In this document: positions 38,898 through 48,137 of the stretch, in pieces
Numbering within the stretch: the first letter of the stretch is position 1
How the letters are laid out: each line of letters opens with the position of its first letter
Source: an uncultured Bacteroidales bacterium
GTDB lineage: Bacteria; Bacteroidota; Bacteroidia; Bacteroidales; CAIXZF01
Length of the DNA stretch: 64,000 nt
Assembly (NCBI GenBank): GCA_903923925.1
Contig: CAIXZF010000112.1
Span: forward strand, 18,166 to 82,165
Reading direction: 5' to 3'
Notes under the pieces: model-generated
What the model was told of the DNA's origin: nothing
Database searches by the model: none
Seen by the model: only the letters and a program-made list of their open reading frames with translations
Translations under genes and position numbers: made by a program

Positions 38898-40007
38898 ATG
38901 AAAGCATTGCGGAATAGTATTCGAATCCTTCTTGGTCTGGTATTCATTTTCTCAGGATTTGTAAAAGGTGTTGACCCTATGGGCACTGCCTATAAAATTG
39001 AAGATTATCTTATTGTTTATGGTGCACAATGGGCTGAACCCCTGGCCTTAACGTTTTCTGTCATCCTTTGCGCTTTCGAATTTGCGTTGGGAATTTATCT
39101 GGTGCTGAATCTTAAACCACGGTTAACATCAGTTTTGACTTTATTATTGATGGTATATTTTACGCTGGTGACCTTTTTTGATGCCCTCTACAACCTCGTA
39201 CCCGATTGCGGATGCTTTGGTGACGCCCTTAAATTAACTAACTGGCAGACGTTCTATAAAAATATTGTACTTATTGCTTTTGCACTTTTCGTATTTCTCT
39301 GCCGAAAAAAATTCAATACTCCGTATTCGAAAAATGTCTCACTTATTATGCTGGCATTAATTCCACTGTTTTTTGTTTGGTTTGAAATTTATAATATCCG
39401 GCATCTTCCTGCAATCGATTTTACCTCGTGGAAAGCTGGTAATCATATGGTTCCCGGAAAACTTAAGCCTGTAAATTATTACCTTGTTTACGAAAATAAA
39501 GAAACAAAGGAAGTAAAAGAGTTTGTTTCTAGTACTTTACCCTTCAGCGATAGTGTCTGGATGTCAAAGTGGCAATATAAAGATACGCGGATTGAAGATC
39601 CTAACACTTACCTGGCACCAAACTTCAGAATTCTTGATACTGCCAGTAATGACCTCACAAATTCCTTTATGAGAAATCCAGAGTATGTATTATTTCTTGT
39701 ATGTGTTCAAGCTGAAGCAACTAAAACTGAACCGCTGAAAGAGTTTGCAGCCTTCTTTACAAAAGCCAAACAGCTGGGGTATACTGTTATTGGCCTGACT
39801 TCAACTCCTCCGGATAAAACAGCTATTTGGAAAAAAGAACAAAAACTGGATGTTGATTTCTATGAAACGGATGATACAGAATTAAAAGCGATGGTTCGGG
39901 CTAATCCGGGATTAGTACTTATTAAAAATGGTGTTGTAATTAAAAAATGGCATTACAACGATTTTCCGTCATTTGATGATTTCAAAATAAAATATCCAAT
40001 AAACTAG
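38898..40007 (+). CDS. DoxX/MauE-like membrane domain fused to a thioredoxin-like C-terminal domain (BT_3928-like)
   Basis: 369 aa. The N-terminal 4-5 TM region starts with LLGLVFIFSGFVKGVDPMG and contains the DCGCFG motif. The soluble C-terminal half ends ...LVLIKNGVVIKKWHYNDFP. Confidence 0.6.
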   Translation: MKALRNSIRILLGLVFIFSGFVKGVDPMGTAYKIEDYLIVYGAQWAEPLALTFSVILCAFEFALGIYLVLNLKPRLTSVLTLLLMVYFTLVTFFDALYNLVPDCGCFGDALKLTNWQTFYKNIVLIAFALFVFLCRKKFNTPYSKNVSLIMLALIPLFFVWFEIYNIRHLPAIDFTSWKAGNHMVPGKLKPVNYYLVYENKETKEVKEFVSSTLPFSDSVWMSKWQYKDTRIEDPNTYLAPNFRILDTASNDLTNSFMRNPEYVLFLVCVQAEATKTEPLKEFAAFFTKAKQLGYTVIGLTSTPPDKTAIWKKEQKLDVDFYETDDTELKAMVRANPGLVLIKNGVVIKKWHYNDFPSFDDFKIKYPIN

Positions 40008-40032
40008 AATCACCTTAAATCATTACTTCAGC

Positions 40033-41115
40033 ATGCCTGGATTTATCCTAAAGCGCTTATTGTATGGCCTGCTGGTTGTATTTGGAGTGTTAACAGTTGT
40101 TTTTCTGCTCTTCAATGTTCTGCCTGGAGATCCTGCCCGGATGATGCTTGGTCAGCGTGCTGATATTAACTCAGTTGCCGCAATTAATAAAGATTTGGGT
40201 CGTGATAAACCTATTTTCTTACAATACCTCAATTTTTTGAATGATGTTTCACCAATGTCTATTCATAATTGTAAAGATGATAATAGTTTTTGGTACCTCG
40301 ATTCATCTAAGTATATGCCTTTTATCAGTATTGCTTCTGTTTCGTTTTCCAAAATAGTAATTCTTAAAATACCGTATCTGCGTAGGTCGTACCAGAGTAA
40401 AAAAAAGGTTTCAGAGATTATTTCCGAAGCCTTTCCTAAAACGTTCCTGCTTGCTATAGTTTCAATGGCTTTTGCCTTGATTGTCGGAATTTTCATTGGC
40501 ATTTTATCGGCGATTTACAAAGACAGCTATTTTGACCATACATCACTTGTACTTTCGGTGCTCGGGATGTCTTTACCTTCATTTTTTGCTGCAGTTCTTT
40601 TTGCCTGGATTTTTGCCTACCTGCTCGCTGATTTTACCCATCTTAATATGGTTGGAAGTCTTTATACTGTTGATGATTTCGGCGAAGGAGAATATCTTAG
40701 CATTAAAAATCTAATTTTGCCAGCCGTAACTCTTGGAATCAGGCCTTTAGCTGTTGTTGTTGAACTTACACGCAGTTCTATGCTCGAAGTACTCTCTCAG
40801 GATTATATCAGAACTGCCCGGGCTAAAGGCTTAAGTAACAGGAAGGTAATAATGGCCCATGCCCTAAAAAATGCAATGAATCCTGTAATTACTGCAGCTT
40901 CGGGCTGGTTGGCTTCTCTTTTAGCAGGTGCTGTTTTTATTGAATATATTTTCGACTGGAAAGGAATGGGAACTGTTATTGTGGATGCTCTCGAGAAGTA
41001 CGATTTTCCTGTTGTTATGGGTTGTGTGCTCTTTATTTCTATCCTGCTCATTTTTATCAATATATTTGTAGACGTGATCTATGGTCTTCTTGACCCCAGA
41101 ATCAGAAAAAATTAA
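40033..41115 (+). CDS. ABC transporter permease (DppB/OppB-type), orphan
   Basis: 360 aa. The N-terminus FILKRLLYGLLVVFGVLTVVFLLFNVLPGDPA and the EAA-like loop DYIRTARAKGLSNRKVIMAHALKNA are typical of peptide/nickel ABC permeases. Confidence 0.8.
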   Translation: MPGFILKRLLYGLLVVFGVLTVVFLLFNVLPGDPARMMLGQRADINSVAAINKDLGRDKPIFLQYLNFLNDVSPMSIHNCKDDNSFWYLDSSKYMPFISIASVSFSKIVILKIPYLRRSYQSKKKVSEIISEAFPKTFLLAIVSMAFALIVGIFIGILSAIYKDSYFDHTSLVLSVLGMSLPSFFAAVLFAWIFAYLLADFTHLNMVGSLYTVDDFGEGEYLSIKNLILPAVTLGIRPLAVVVELTRSSMLEVLSQDYIRTARAKGLSNRKVIMAHALKNAMNPVITAASGWLASLLAGAVFIEYIFDWKGMGTVIVDALEKYDFPVVMGCVLFISILLIFINIFVDVIYGLLDPRIRKN

Positions 41116-41189
41116 TATTTTTATTCTCTCGTTTGAGTTTTGATTTGTTGTATAAATTAATAATCTGAATACTAAATTGTGAGTTAACT

Positions 41190-41948
41190 ATGAGACAAAA
41201 GATGGTTGCCGGCAATTGGAAAATGAATAAAAATTTCCAGGAAGCAGAACAAATGTTCGAAACGCTGGCTGAATTGATTAAGGATAATAAGCCGGAAGAG
41301 GCTGAAATCGTTGTTTGTCCACCATTTCCATACCTTGAACTTGCTATGGATATGCTCCAGGAATCTGGTATTGGAATCGGTGCTCAAAACTGCTATCCTA
41401 AAGATTTTGGCGCCTTTACCGGTGAAGTTTCTGCCGCTATGCTTTACTCCCTTGGAGTTCAGTATTGTATTATCGGCCACTCTGAAAGAAGATCAAATTT
41501 TAAGGAAGATCACGCCTTTCTTGCTGAAAAAGTTAAAGCAACCCTTGTTAATGGAATAATTCCAATATTTTGCTGTGGAGAACTATTGCCTGAACGAGAA
41601 AAAGGACATTATTTCCAGATTGTCGAAAAGCAACTCAAAGAATCCCTTTTCTTTCTTTCTGCAATAGAATTTAGTAAGGTTATAATTGCATATGAACCAG
41701 TTTGGGCAATTGGTACTGGTGTTAATGCTTCTCCTGAACAAGCTCAGGAAATGCACCATTATATTCGCCAGCTCATCAGAAAGAACTATGGTGAGGACTT
41801 TGCCGATGAAACTGTTATTCTTTATGGAGGTTCCTGCACTTCTACGAATGCCCGCGCTTTGTTTGAAAATCCGGATGTGGATGGCGGTCTTATCGGTGGT
41901 GCTTCACTTAAACCAGAAGATTTTCTGGCAATTGCCAATTCCTTTTAA
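41190..41948 (+). CDS. tpiA: Triosephosphate isomerase
   Basis: 252 aa. Motifs MVAGNWKMN, IGHSERR, AYEPVWAIGTG and GGASL are present. Confidence 0.95.
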   Translation: MRQKMVAGNWKMNKNFQEAEQMFETLAELIKDNKPEEAEIVVCPPFPYLELAMDMLQESGIGIGAQNCYPKDFGAFTGEVSAAMLYSLGVQYCIIGHSERRSNFKEDHAFLAEKVKATLVNGIIPIFCCGELLPEREKGHYFQIVEKQLKESLFFLSAIEFSKVIIAYEPVWAIGTGVNASPEQAQEMHHYIRQLIRKNYGEDFADETVILYGGSCTSTNARALFENPDVDGGLIGGASLKPEDFLAIANSF

Positions 41949-41963
41949 TACTGAACCTAAATA

Positions 41964-42803
41964 ATGAAATATACGGAGCTGATTTTCAGCAATAACCAGC
42001 AGAAGATTGAGAACGAGATTATAATAGCTTATTTGGGCGAGCTCGGATTTGAAAGCTTTACAGAAGAAGATAATTTTCTGTTTGCCTATATCCCTACTGA
42101 AATATTCTCTGAAGATACAATGCTGGAATTTCTGGGAGAAAAGTTCAGTTCTGTTCAAATTACATATAAGATTAGCGAAGTAGAAGAGCAGAATTGGAAT
42201 GCTGTTTGGGAGCAAAATTTTGATCATGTAATTATTCCCGGACGATGCAGAATAAGAGCTCCTTTCCATGAACCGGATCCAGCTTATCCTCTCGAAATTA
42301 TTATTGAACCTAAGATGTCGTTTGGTACTGCCCATCACGAAACAACATTCATGATGATGGACCTTATCCTGGATCTCGACCTTGCGGGGAAAGTAATTCT
42401 CGATGTGGGCTCTGGTACTGGAATTCTGGCTATTCTGGCAGCAAAACTTGGTGCATCCAGAATTCTGGCAATTGATAATGACGATTGGGCATATCGTAAT
42501 GCAATTGAAAATAAATCACTTAATGATGCTCTTCAGGTTGAAGTTCTCCTGGGTGATGCAAATTCAATTCCTGATGAATCTTTTGATGTAATTTTTGCAA
42601 ACATCAACAGAAATATTTTGTTGAGAGATATGCAATTATATATTCGTCAACTTAAACCTGGAGGCCTTCTCCTGCTTAGCGGATTTTATGAAGATGACCA
42701 GAATGTAATTTCTGTTAAAACTACGGAACTAAATCTACAAAGAGATCGTTTCCTTACCAAAAACCGCTGGATGGCGGAAGTATTTCATTTGAACAGCCTA
42801 TAA
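41964..42803 (+). CDS. prmA: Ribosomal protein L11 methyltransferase
   Basis: 279 aa. FGTAHHETT and LDVGSGTGILAILAAKLGA (SAM motif I) sit in a PrmA-like context. Confidence 0.85.
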   Translation: MKYTELIFSNNQQKIENEIIIAYLGELGFESFTEEDNFLFAYIPTEIFSEDTMLEFLGEKFSSVQITYKISEVEEQNWNAVWEQNFDHVIIPGRCRIRAPFHEPDPAYPLEIIIEPKMSFGTAHHETTFMMMDLILDLDLAGKVILDVGSGTGILAILAAKLGASRILAIDNDDWAYRNAIENKSLNDALQVEVLLGDANSIPDESFDVIFANINRNILLRDMQLYIRQLKPGGLLLLSGFYEDDQNVISVKTTELNLQRDRFLTKNRWMAEVFHLNSL

Positions 42804-42809
42804 TTCTTC

Positions 42810-45800
42810 ATGAGGAACCTGGTACGTTTCATTATCCTAATCGCTTTGGTTTTTGTAATTGTGGAAAAATCCACAGCGCAGAACATGCCAAAAAGTTTCT
42901 CAACTGAGCATGCCCAGTTTATACTGGACTTGTCGAAATACTTTGATGGTCTCTATGAAAAGGATAAGCGAAAAGAAGGGCGCGATCTTATTGATCGTTT
43001 TACTTTACAGTGGAACGCTCCCCAGAACACAGACCAATTAAAAGACAAGATTATACGCATTTCTAATACAATGCTGAAATTCAAAATGAAACCTTTTCCT
43101 CATTTTGATCAGTATTTGTCAGCACTTATTTCTTTTTTAAATACGAATCCTGATCAGAAAAGTCTTGATGCCTGGTTTTCAATTCTGGAAAAAAGTTTCG
43201 AAGTATCCAGCAATAGAAAATTCCTCGCCTTCCTTGAGATATCAATTAACCTCTTCCAGAACAATGTACTCTATAGTTCTTCTGCAACTAAATGGAAATC
43301 AAACAATAAAAACTATACCTTCTCGTATGATTCTGTTCCCAGAGTGGTTTTTCCTTCACTTGATCTGACTTGTTATGCAAATAATGACAGCTCTACTATT
43401 TACAACACAAGTGGTACCTATTATCCCACACAAAATTTGTGGATTGGAACCGGCGGAAAAGTTAATTGGAAAAGAGCTGGATTTGAAGAAAATGTAGTGT
43501 ATGCCGAATTAAGCAAGTATAAAATTGGGCTCAGGTTCTCTAAATATTCTGCGGATACTGTTAAATTCTATAATCGACAATATTTTGAATTACCACTCGT
43601 AGGGAATTTCGAAGAAAAAATTCTTGCAAACAATACAGAGGAACGTGCTTCTTACCCCCGATTTACTTCGTATGATGTGAGAATGAAAATCAATAGTCTT
43701 TTTAAAGATATTGATTACGAAGGTGGATTTTCTATGAATGGTTCAAGAGTAATTGGAAGCGGGAATAAAGAACAGGATGCATACCTGTTTTTTAAAAGAG
43801 ATGGAAAGATCTTTATTGTTTGCGGATCCAGGGGATTTGGAATCAGAAAGGATAAAATAACATCGCAGAGATCTTCTGTTACAATCTTTTGGGAAGGCGA
43901 TTCAATTTATCACCCAGGTTTGGAACTTAAGTATATTGATAAATCCAGAGAAGTTTCTCTGATACGTGCGGATGATGGGATTGCTATGAGTCCATACTAC
44001 GACACTTACCATGCAATTGATATGTACTGCGAAGCGGTTTACTGGAAAATGGATGAACCAAAGGTTGATTTCACGATGATAAAAGGCCCTGGCAGAGAAA
44101 GCAGTGCCATGTTTGAATCAGCGAACTATTACAGGGAATCAAGGATTCTCAAACTTCAGGGTATTGAAGATATTAACCCTCTTGATGTTATTTTCAATTA
44201 TTCTAAAAAATATAAATCCAGAGACATTTACCTCGGCGAATTATCTTCTTACATGCGAAAACCAATTGAGCAGGTAAAAGCAATGTTGCTCAATTTAACT
44301 GTTCGTGGTTTTCTCATTTACAATTTAGATGAGGATAAAGCGTATATCAAGGATCGTCTTTTCAATTACTTAAATGCCAGAGCAAAGAAAACAGACTATG
44401 ACGTTATCCAATTCAGTTCGTCTATCGCATCTCAACCCAATGCAACGCTTAGTCTCCTTAATTTCGACCTGCGTCTCAGAGGTGTTCCAATGGTTTATTT
44501 GAGCGATTCTCAAAAAGTGTATATATATCCTGATAATCAAGAACTTTTGTTGAAAAAGAATAGAGATTTCTTCTTTTCCGGCCGCGTTCATGCTGGTCTT
44601 TTCGATTACTTTGCCAAGGATTGTTCATTCGAATATTCAAGGTTTAAACTCAATCTGCCAACTGTGGATTCAATGAGCTTTATGGTTCATGAGCGTGAAA
44701 AGAATGAATATGGCGAATATCCACTCGTTCGAGTAAAAACAGTAATAAGAAGCCTTAGCGGTGACCTGCTTATTGATCACCCCAATAACAAATCAGGTAC
44801 TCATCCATATCCTGAATATCCGATTTTTAATAGTAAAGGTGATGCTTACGTTTACTATGATGGATTCAGGATTCAGAGAGGCGTATATAAAAGGGATAAG
44901 TTTTTCTTTCATGTATATCCTTTTTCAATCAGCAACCTCGACAATTTCGCAACAGATGATATAAAATTCGATGGTTACCTGGTTTCTGCTGGAATTTTTC
45001 CAGACATCGAAGATCCTCTGAAAGTTCAGGAAGATTATTCGCTCGGTTTTATCAAAAACACACCGCCTTCTGGTTTACCTGTTTATGGAGGCGTTGGAAC
45101 ATTTACGAATCAGATCAATCTGAGTCATAAAGGCTTAAAAGGGAATGGAGCTCTAAAGTACCTCGTTTCTACCTCAGTATCTGAAGATTATACTTTCTTT
45201 CCTGATTCAGTTAATGCAAGATTGCAAAAGTTTGAACTCCTCGAACAAACTTCTGCTGTTCAGTATCCTTCAGTTACTGGTGAAGATGTACTCCAGCACT
45301 GGATGCCATACAAAGACCTTATGTCAGTTTCATCCGACAAAAAACCAATTATTTTATATAATGGTCAAACAAAACTAACCGGAGAACTGCAGTTGACCTC
45401 TAATTCATTAACCGGTCAAGGTTTAGTTCAGGTTGCCGATGCTGAAATGGATTCCAAATTATTCAAATTCAAAAATATTGTCTTTGATGCGGATACAGCG
45501 AACTTCAGATTGAAAACCTACGATCTTAAGGACTTGGCATTTTCAACTCACAATTATAAATCACATATCGATTTTAAGGATAGAAAAGGTGAATTTAAAT
45601 CGAATGGTGGCGGATCAAAAGTAGAATTTCCTGTGAACCAATATATTTGCTTCATGGATGAGTTTGAATGGTTTATGGATAAGGAAGAAATTGCACTCAC
45701 AAATAGCAAAGGACTCTCCAATCAGACCAGCGATCAGAAAGATATTCGTGAACTGGTTGATATTGATATAAGTGGGTCGGAGTTCGTTTCTGTTCACCCC

Positions 45801-47303
45801 AAGCAGGATTCACTTAGATTCTTCTCTCCCAGAGCAAAATATAACCTCCGGAATAACATTATCTACGCAGAACAGGTAAGCTTTATAAAAGTTGCTGATG
45901 CTGCGGTCTTTCCTGATCAGGGTAAAGTCACTATTTTCAAGGAAGCAAAAATGCAAACTCTTAACAATGCCAAAATCCTTGCCAATACTGTTACAAAATA
46001 CCATGAAATCGATAAAGCTATTGTTGATATTCAATCGCGAAAAAGCTTTACCGGCGTAGGTAACTACTATTATGTAGATGATAAAGGCGAAAAGCACCCT
46101 TTCTATCTGGATAAAATAAATGTTGACTCAACATTGCAAACAAATGCCCATGGTCATATTTCTGATTCACTTAACTTTAAATTAAGTGAGCAGTTCGATT
46201 TTGCTGGTGATATTAAAATTAAAGCAAGTCGGGAATTTCTTAATTTCAAAGGCGGTTACAGAATTAAAAATGATTGCGACACAATTCCAAAAGCCTGGGT
46301 TAGATTCGACACAGTTGTTGATCCAAAAGCGATTGTTCTTCCAGTATATAAAGACTTGAGAGATGTTGCTAATAAAAATCTATTTGCAGCTCTGGCATTC
46401 TCACAAAAAAGCAACCACATTTATTCTGCCTTTCTCACAAGAAAGGAGAACTATAGTGATCAGGATCTGATTTCAGCTAACGGAGTAGTGGAATATGTCG
46501 CAAATACTGATGAATACAGAATTGGAAGCCTCGAAAAACTCAGACAGCCTATCTTGCCAGGCAACTTTTTAAGCCTTAACAGAAGAGCCTGCATTTTGCA
46601 TGGGGAAGGTAAAATCAACCTGGGAACGGTTTTCGGTCAACTTAAACTATCCTCGTTTGGTGCAGTCGATTATTTCGTAGTTCCTGACTCTGCTTCCTTT
46701 GATATGGTTATAGCGCTCGACTTCTTTTTTGCTGAAAATGCAATGAAAATGATTGTTGAAGCTCTCAAAGAATCAAACCTGAGTGCTGCAGATATGTCAA
46801 CTGATAAAGTTAAAAAATCATTGTCTGAAATTGTAGGAATTAAAGATGCAGAAGATTTAATCTCAGAAATTAGTCTTTATGGTAGTTTAAAAAAAGTGCC
46901 TTCAGAACTTAATCATACCTTCTTCTTTTCAGATGTAAAAATGAAATGGAATCCGCTTACAAATTCCTTTGTCTCTGATAAACAGATTGGTATTGCCAAT
47001 ATGGAAAAATCTCAGATTAATAAATATGTAAAAGGATATCTTGAAATAACCAAAAAGAGAAGTGGCGATATCCTTGACCTCTATTTTGAAATTGATGAGA
47101 ATAAATGGTATTATTTCAATTATAGCCGTGGTTTGATGCAGGCAATTTCTTCCAATAATGATTTTAACATTATTATTACTGAGCTTAAACCTGATAAAAG
47201 AACTCAAAAAGGAGAAAAGGGTGAAGAGAATTATAGATTTAATATTGCTACTGTGAAAAAGAAGAAAGACTTTCTGAAAAGAATGGAAAGTACAACTGAA
47301 TAA
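42810..47303 (+). CDS. Very large secreted/envelope protein of unknown function
   Basis: 1497-aa uninterrupted ORF with the signal peptide MRNLVRFIILIALVFVIVEKSTAQ. I recognise no motif. Codon usage matches its neighbours, and it starts 6 bp after prmA. Confidence 0.7.
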   Translation: MRNLVRFIILIALVFVIVEKSTAQNMPKSFSTEHAQFILDLSKYFDGLYEKDKRKEGRDLIDRFTLQWNAPQNTDQLKDKIIRISNTMLKFKMKPFPHFDQYLSALISFLNTNPDQKSLDAWFSILEKSFEVSSNRKFLAFLEISINLFQNNVLYSSSATKWKSNNKNYTFSYDSVPRVVFPSLDLTCYANNDSSTIYNTSGTYYPTQNLWIGTGGKVNWKRAGFEENVVYAELSKYKIGLRFSKYSADTVKFYNRQYFELPLVGNFEEKILANNTEERASYPRFTSYDVRMKINSLFKDIDYEGGFSMNGSRVIGSGNKEQDAYLFFKRDGKIFIVCGSRGFGIRKDKITSQRSSVTIFWEGDSIYHPGLELKYIDKSREVSLIRADDGIAMSPYYDTYHAIDMYCEAVYWKMDEPKVDFTMIKGPGRESSAMFESANYYRESRILKLQGIEDINPLDVIFNYSKKYKSRDIYLGELSSYMRKPIEQVKAMLLNLTVRGFLIYNLDEDKAYIKDRLFNYLNARAKKTDYDVIQFSSSIASQPNATLSLLNFDLRLRGVPMVYLSDSQKVYIYPDNQELLLKKNRDFFFSGRVHAGLFDYFAKDCSFEYSRFKLNLPTVDSMSFMVHEREKNEYGEYPLVRVKTVIRSLSGDLLIDHPNNKSGTHPYPEYPIFNSKGDAYVYYDGFRIQRGVYKRDKFFFHVYPFSISNLDNFATDDIKFDGYLVSAGIFPDIEDPLKVQEDYSLGFIKNTPPSGLPVYGGVGTFTNQINLSHKGLKGNGALKYLVSTSVSEDYTFFPDSVNARLQKFELLEQTSAVQYPSVTGEDVLQHWMPYKDLMSVSSDKKPIILYNGQTKLTGELQLTSNSLTGQGLVQVADAEMDSKLFKFKNIVFDADTANFRLKTYDLKDLAFSTHNYKSHIDFKDRKGEFKSNGGGSKVEFPVNQYICFMDEFEWFMDKEEIALTNSKGLSNQTSDQKDIRELVDIDISGSEFVSVHPKQDSLRFFSPRAKYNLRNNIIYAEQVSFIKVADAAVFPDQGKVTIFKEAKMQTLNNAKILANTVTKYHEIDKAIVDIQSRKSFTGVGNYYYVDDKGEKHPFYLDKINVDSTLQTNAHGHISDSLNFKLSEQFDFAGDIKIKASREFLNFKGGYRIKNDCDTIPKAWVRFDTVVDPKAIVLPVYKDLRDVANKNLFAALAFSQKSNHIYSAFLTRKENYSDQDLISANGVVEYVANTDEYRIGSLEKLRQPILPGNFLSLNRRACILHGEGKINLGTVFGQLKLSSFGAVDYFVVPDSASFDMVIALDFFFAENAMKMIVEALKESNLSAADMSTDKVKKSLSEIVGIKDAEDLISEISLYGSLKKVPSELNHTFFFSDVKMKWNPLTNSFVSDKQIGIANMEKSQINKYVKGYLEITKKRSGDILDLYFEIDENKWYYFNYSRGLMQAISSNNDFNIIITELKPDKRTQKGEKGEENYRFNIATVKKKKDFLKRMESTTE

Positions 47304-47312
47304 AATTATGCG

Positions 47313-47320
47313 TAATTTTG
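47313..47320 (+). promoter_or_regulatory. Candidate Bacteroidota -7 promoter box (TAnnTTTG) for plsY
   Basis: TAATTTTG lies 23 nt upstream of the plsY start. This is a motif match only. Confidence 0.3.
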
Positions 47321-47342
47321 CACATTATTTAAATTCAATAAT

Positions 47343-47990
47343 TTGATAGGTAATTTCTTTATTATTAGTATTGCTTCTGCCATTTTACTGGCTTATTTAA
47401 TTGGGTCAATCCCTTCATCAGTATGGATAGGTCGTTTGTTTTTCGGGATCGATGTTAGAAAAAAAGGGAGCGGAAATGCAGGAGCTACTAATACTATTAG
47501 AGTTCTTGGTGCAAAGGCAGGTATACCTGTTCTGGCAATTGATGTAGTGAAAGGTTGGTTTGCGGTTTATCTTGCAAATATTTTCGCTCCATCTTATTAT
47601 GATGATTGGCAAATTATAAACTTGAAAATTGTACTTGCTCTAGTTGCTACATTGGGACATATTTTTCCAATTTATGTTGGTTTTAAAGGTGGTAAAGGTG
47701 TCGCAACCATGGTTGGGATTATGATTGCGCTTTATCCTGATGTTTTCCTTTTCGTTCTTGGCGTTTTTATTCTGGTTTTCGTTCTATTTAAATATGTTTC
47801 ACTCGCATCAGTTTTTGCCGCAATTAGTTTTCCGTTCATAGTGTATTTTTTCTCCAGAGAACATTATACAACTCTTGTCCTGTTTTCTGTCCTTGTTGCG
47901 GTTTTTATTCCAATTACCCATACGAAAAATCTTCGCAGATTGAGAGCAGGAGAGGAAAGAAAGTTTTCTATCCGTAAAACAAAAGTTTAA
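47343..47990 (+). CDS. plsY: Glycerol-3-phosphate acyltransferase PlsY
   Basis: 215 aa with a TTG start. Motifs YLIGSIPSS, GSGNAGATN and FKGGKGVAT are present. Confidence 0.9.
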   Translation: MIGNFFIISIASAILLAYLIGSIPSSVWIGRLFFGIDVRKKGSGNAGATNTIRVLGAKAGIPVLAIDVVKGWFAVYLANIFAPSYYDDWQIINLKIVLALVATLGHIFPIYVGFKGGKGVATMVGIMIALYPDVFLFVLGVFILVFVLFKYVSLASVFAAISFPFIVYFFSREHYTTLVLFSVLVAVFIPITHTKNLRRLRAGEERKFSIRKTKV

Positions 47991-48137
47991 ACTTTTCGTA
48001 TTAGTTCATTGTTCATTTTCATCAGTCGGAATTTTAAACATTTTTAATAAAGATTTCGCGATAAGACAGCTTGTTTATTATATGCCAGATTTTATTAACT
48101 TAGGACTGAAATTTGCTAATGATGTTTTGGGGGGTCA

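Noticed and set aside
41904-42338. 144-aa minus-strand ORF across the tpiA/prmA junction, and 41184..41480 opposite tpiA
   Set aside because: Both overlap strongly supported tpiA and prmA coding frames and have no recognisable features. I treat them as shadow ORFs.
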